From assembly GCF_963921235.1 (NCBI RefSeq), contig NC_086097.1, forward strand, positions 213,778,001 through 213,842,000: 64,000 nt of DNA, in the 5' to 3' direction. The notes below the pieces were generated by a model that was not told the origin of the DNA, did not search any database, and saw only the letters and a program-made list of their open reading frames with translations. Source of the DNA: Mobula hypostoma. Its lineage: Eukaryota. The position numbers were made by a program, and so were the translations under genes. This document shows positions 62,750 to 64,000 of the stretch, in pieces (the stretch's first letter is position 1; each line of letters opens with the position of its first letter).

Positions 62750-63762
62750 CTAACTGGGCCATTGGTTAATCACTTATTTGGGGCAACTCTTAAAGAACTA
62801 AAAAAAATTGAGAAAATTGCCGCAATCCCCTTTGTTTATTTGGGACACTGTGACACTTAACTGGAGCAGAAGACTTGCCAAACAGGGTCAAACTACAGTC
62901 AGTCCTGTGCCCTTGTGTGGCTGTTACACACTTCATGTTTAGAGTTGCATGTGTTTGTGTTCAAAAAGGAATGATCTTTGTCACTGATAGTTCGCGAGAA
63001 ATTAGCAGTAAGACAATTCAGAGCTGTTTTGCTCACCGTGGTTTCAGACATTGAGGCTTGGAGGTGCCAGAATCAGCCGGGGGTGAAAAGGAAACGACTT
63101 CACTACTTCAAAAGGTTATGAACTATGAAAAATTTGAATGTATTGACAATCATCTGGAATGATACCTTTTGGTCTCCAGCTCTCACCTGTGGCTCCACGT
63201 AGCTGTATGCACATGACAGTGGCCACACCCCGATACTCCGCTTCAACAATCAAGTGAGGGTAGCTGTCGGGTCTCATACCACGGTGAGATCAGTGACATG
63301 CCTGTGAAGTCAGCTCTGGTGGATGAGAGCTACAATGAGATCCAGAGGGCAGGAAGGCTGTTCTGCAAAGCTCCATGGAGAGCGAAGGGCAGGACAAGGC
63401 ACAGAAGAAGTCAGGATCATCCACTGTAACCAGGGAAGAACCCACTTGGGATATCTACTTGTCCCACCGGACCCAAACTTCCAACGTAGAGAGTGGAACT
63501 CCCCAGAGCAATGGCTTTTCCACTTTAAAATCTCTCCTGCTCAGGTCTTCTGAGATACGACGGACAAACACCAGTAGTATTACTAGTGTTATAATGTCTT
63601 CTGTATTTCACTTAAGTACATAATTTGTTACTCCGTTAAACCATAGTCTGTCTTTTTTTAATGTCTTTTTAAGTATTTCCATGAAACTTCAGCTAATTGG
63701 GGCAGGTGCATAATTGGGCCAAAACTGATCCCAATGTGTCCCAATTAACTGGAATCCACTCT
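62750..63762. mobile_element. Possible Tigger/pogo-like MITE remnant containing an unclassified GC-richer insert (about 63165-63550)
   Basis: Right end tgtcccaattaactggaatccact resembles a Tigger-type TIR; repeated aattggg/tttggg motifs at both ends; left end degraded. Confidence 0.4.
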
Positions 63763-64000
63763 AATTTGTTAATAACATAATTTGACAGAGTGAAAAAATT
63801 TTCATTTTGTGTGTGTTGCTCAGATTTCCAGCACCTGCAGATATTCTCTTGTTTATTTATTCCTGCTGCTTCTCCTCATTACAACCACCACCAATCACCA
63901 TGAAGCCCCACGACCCTTTACACTTGTCCATAGGCCTAAGAAGGTGCTTTTGACTGTAACTTACCTACTGTGACTGATTTGAGCCGTAGGCTTCTCAAGC

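Noticed and set aside
1..64000. CRISPR arrays, operons, rRNA genes or genuine tRNA genes
   Set aside because: None seen. The tRNA-like boxes belong to SINE heads, and the sequence is vertebrate repeat-rich DNA.

Overview
This is eukaryotic genomic DNA, not prokaryotic. The HE1-type V-SINEs and abundant HER1-like CR1 LINEs point to a cartilaginous fish such as a ray or shark (inference). Roughly half of the window is transposable-element debris, and every ORF in the track that I could assign belongs to a TE or is an antisense or alternate frame of one. Present are: the 3' end of a Gypsy element (integrase plus LTR), RTE, CR1 and Rex1/Babar-type LINEs, tRNA-derived SINEs, Tc1-, hAT- and Tigger-like MITEs, and many copies of a Penelope-like element (PLE) family. 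No host gene could be identified; only low-confidence exon candidates are noted. The most interesting structures are: (i) a minimal hammerhead-ribozyme motif in the PLE terminal repeat, dispersed as short copies with 11-15 bp target duplications and inverted segments that stop at a fixed point; (ii) a perfect 83-bp hairpin insertion that folds back inside that ribozyme; (iii) a reconstructable full-length RTE carrying four nested insertions, each with its own TSD; (iv) a perfect 91-bp inverted duplication that no TE terminus explains. I found no convincing evidence for a wholly new biological system. Boundaries not fixed by a TSD or terminal motif are approximate.
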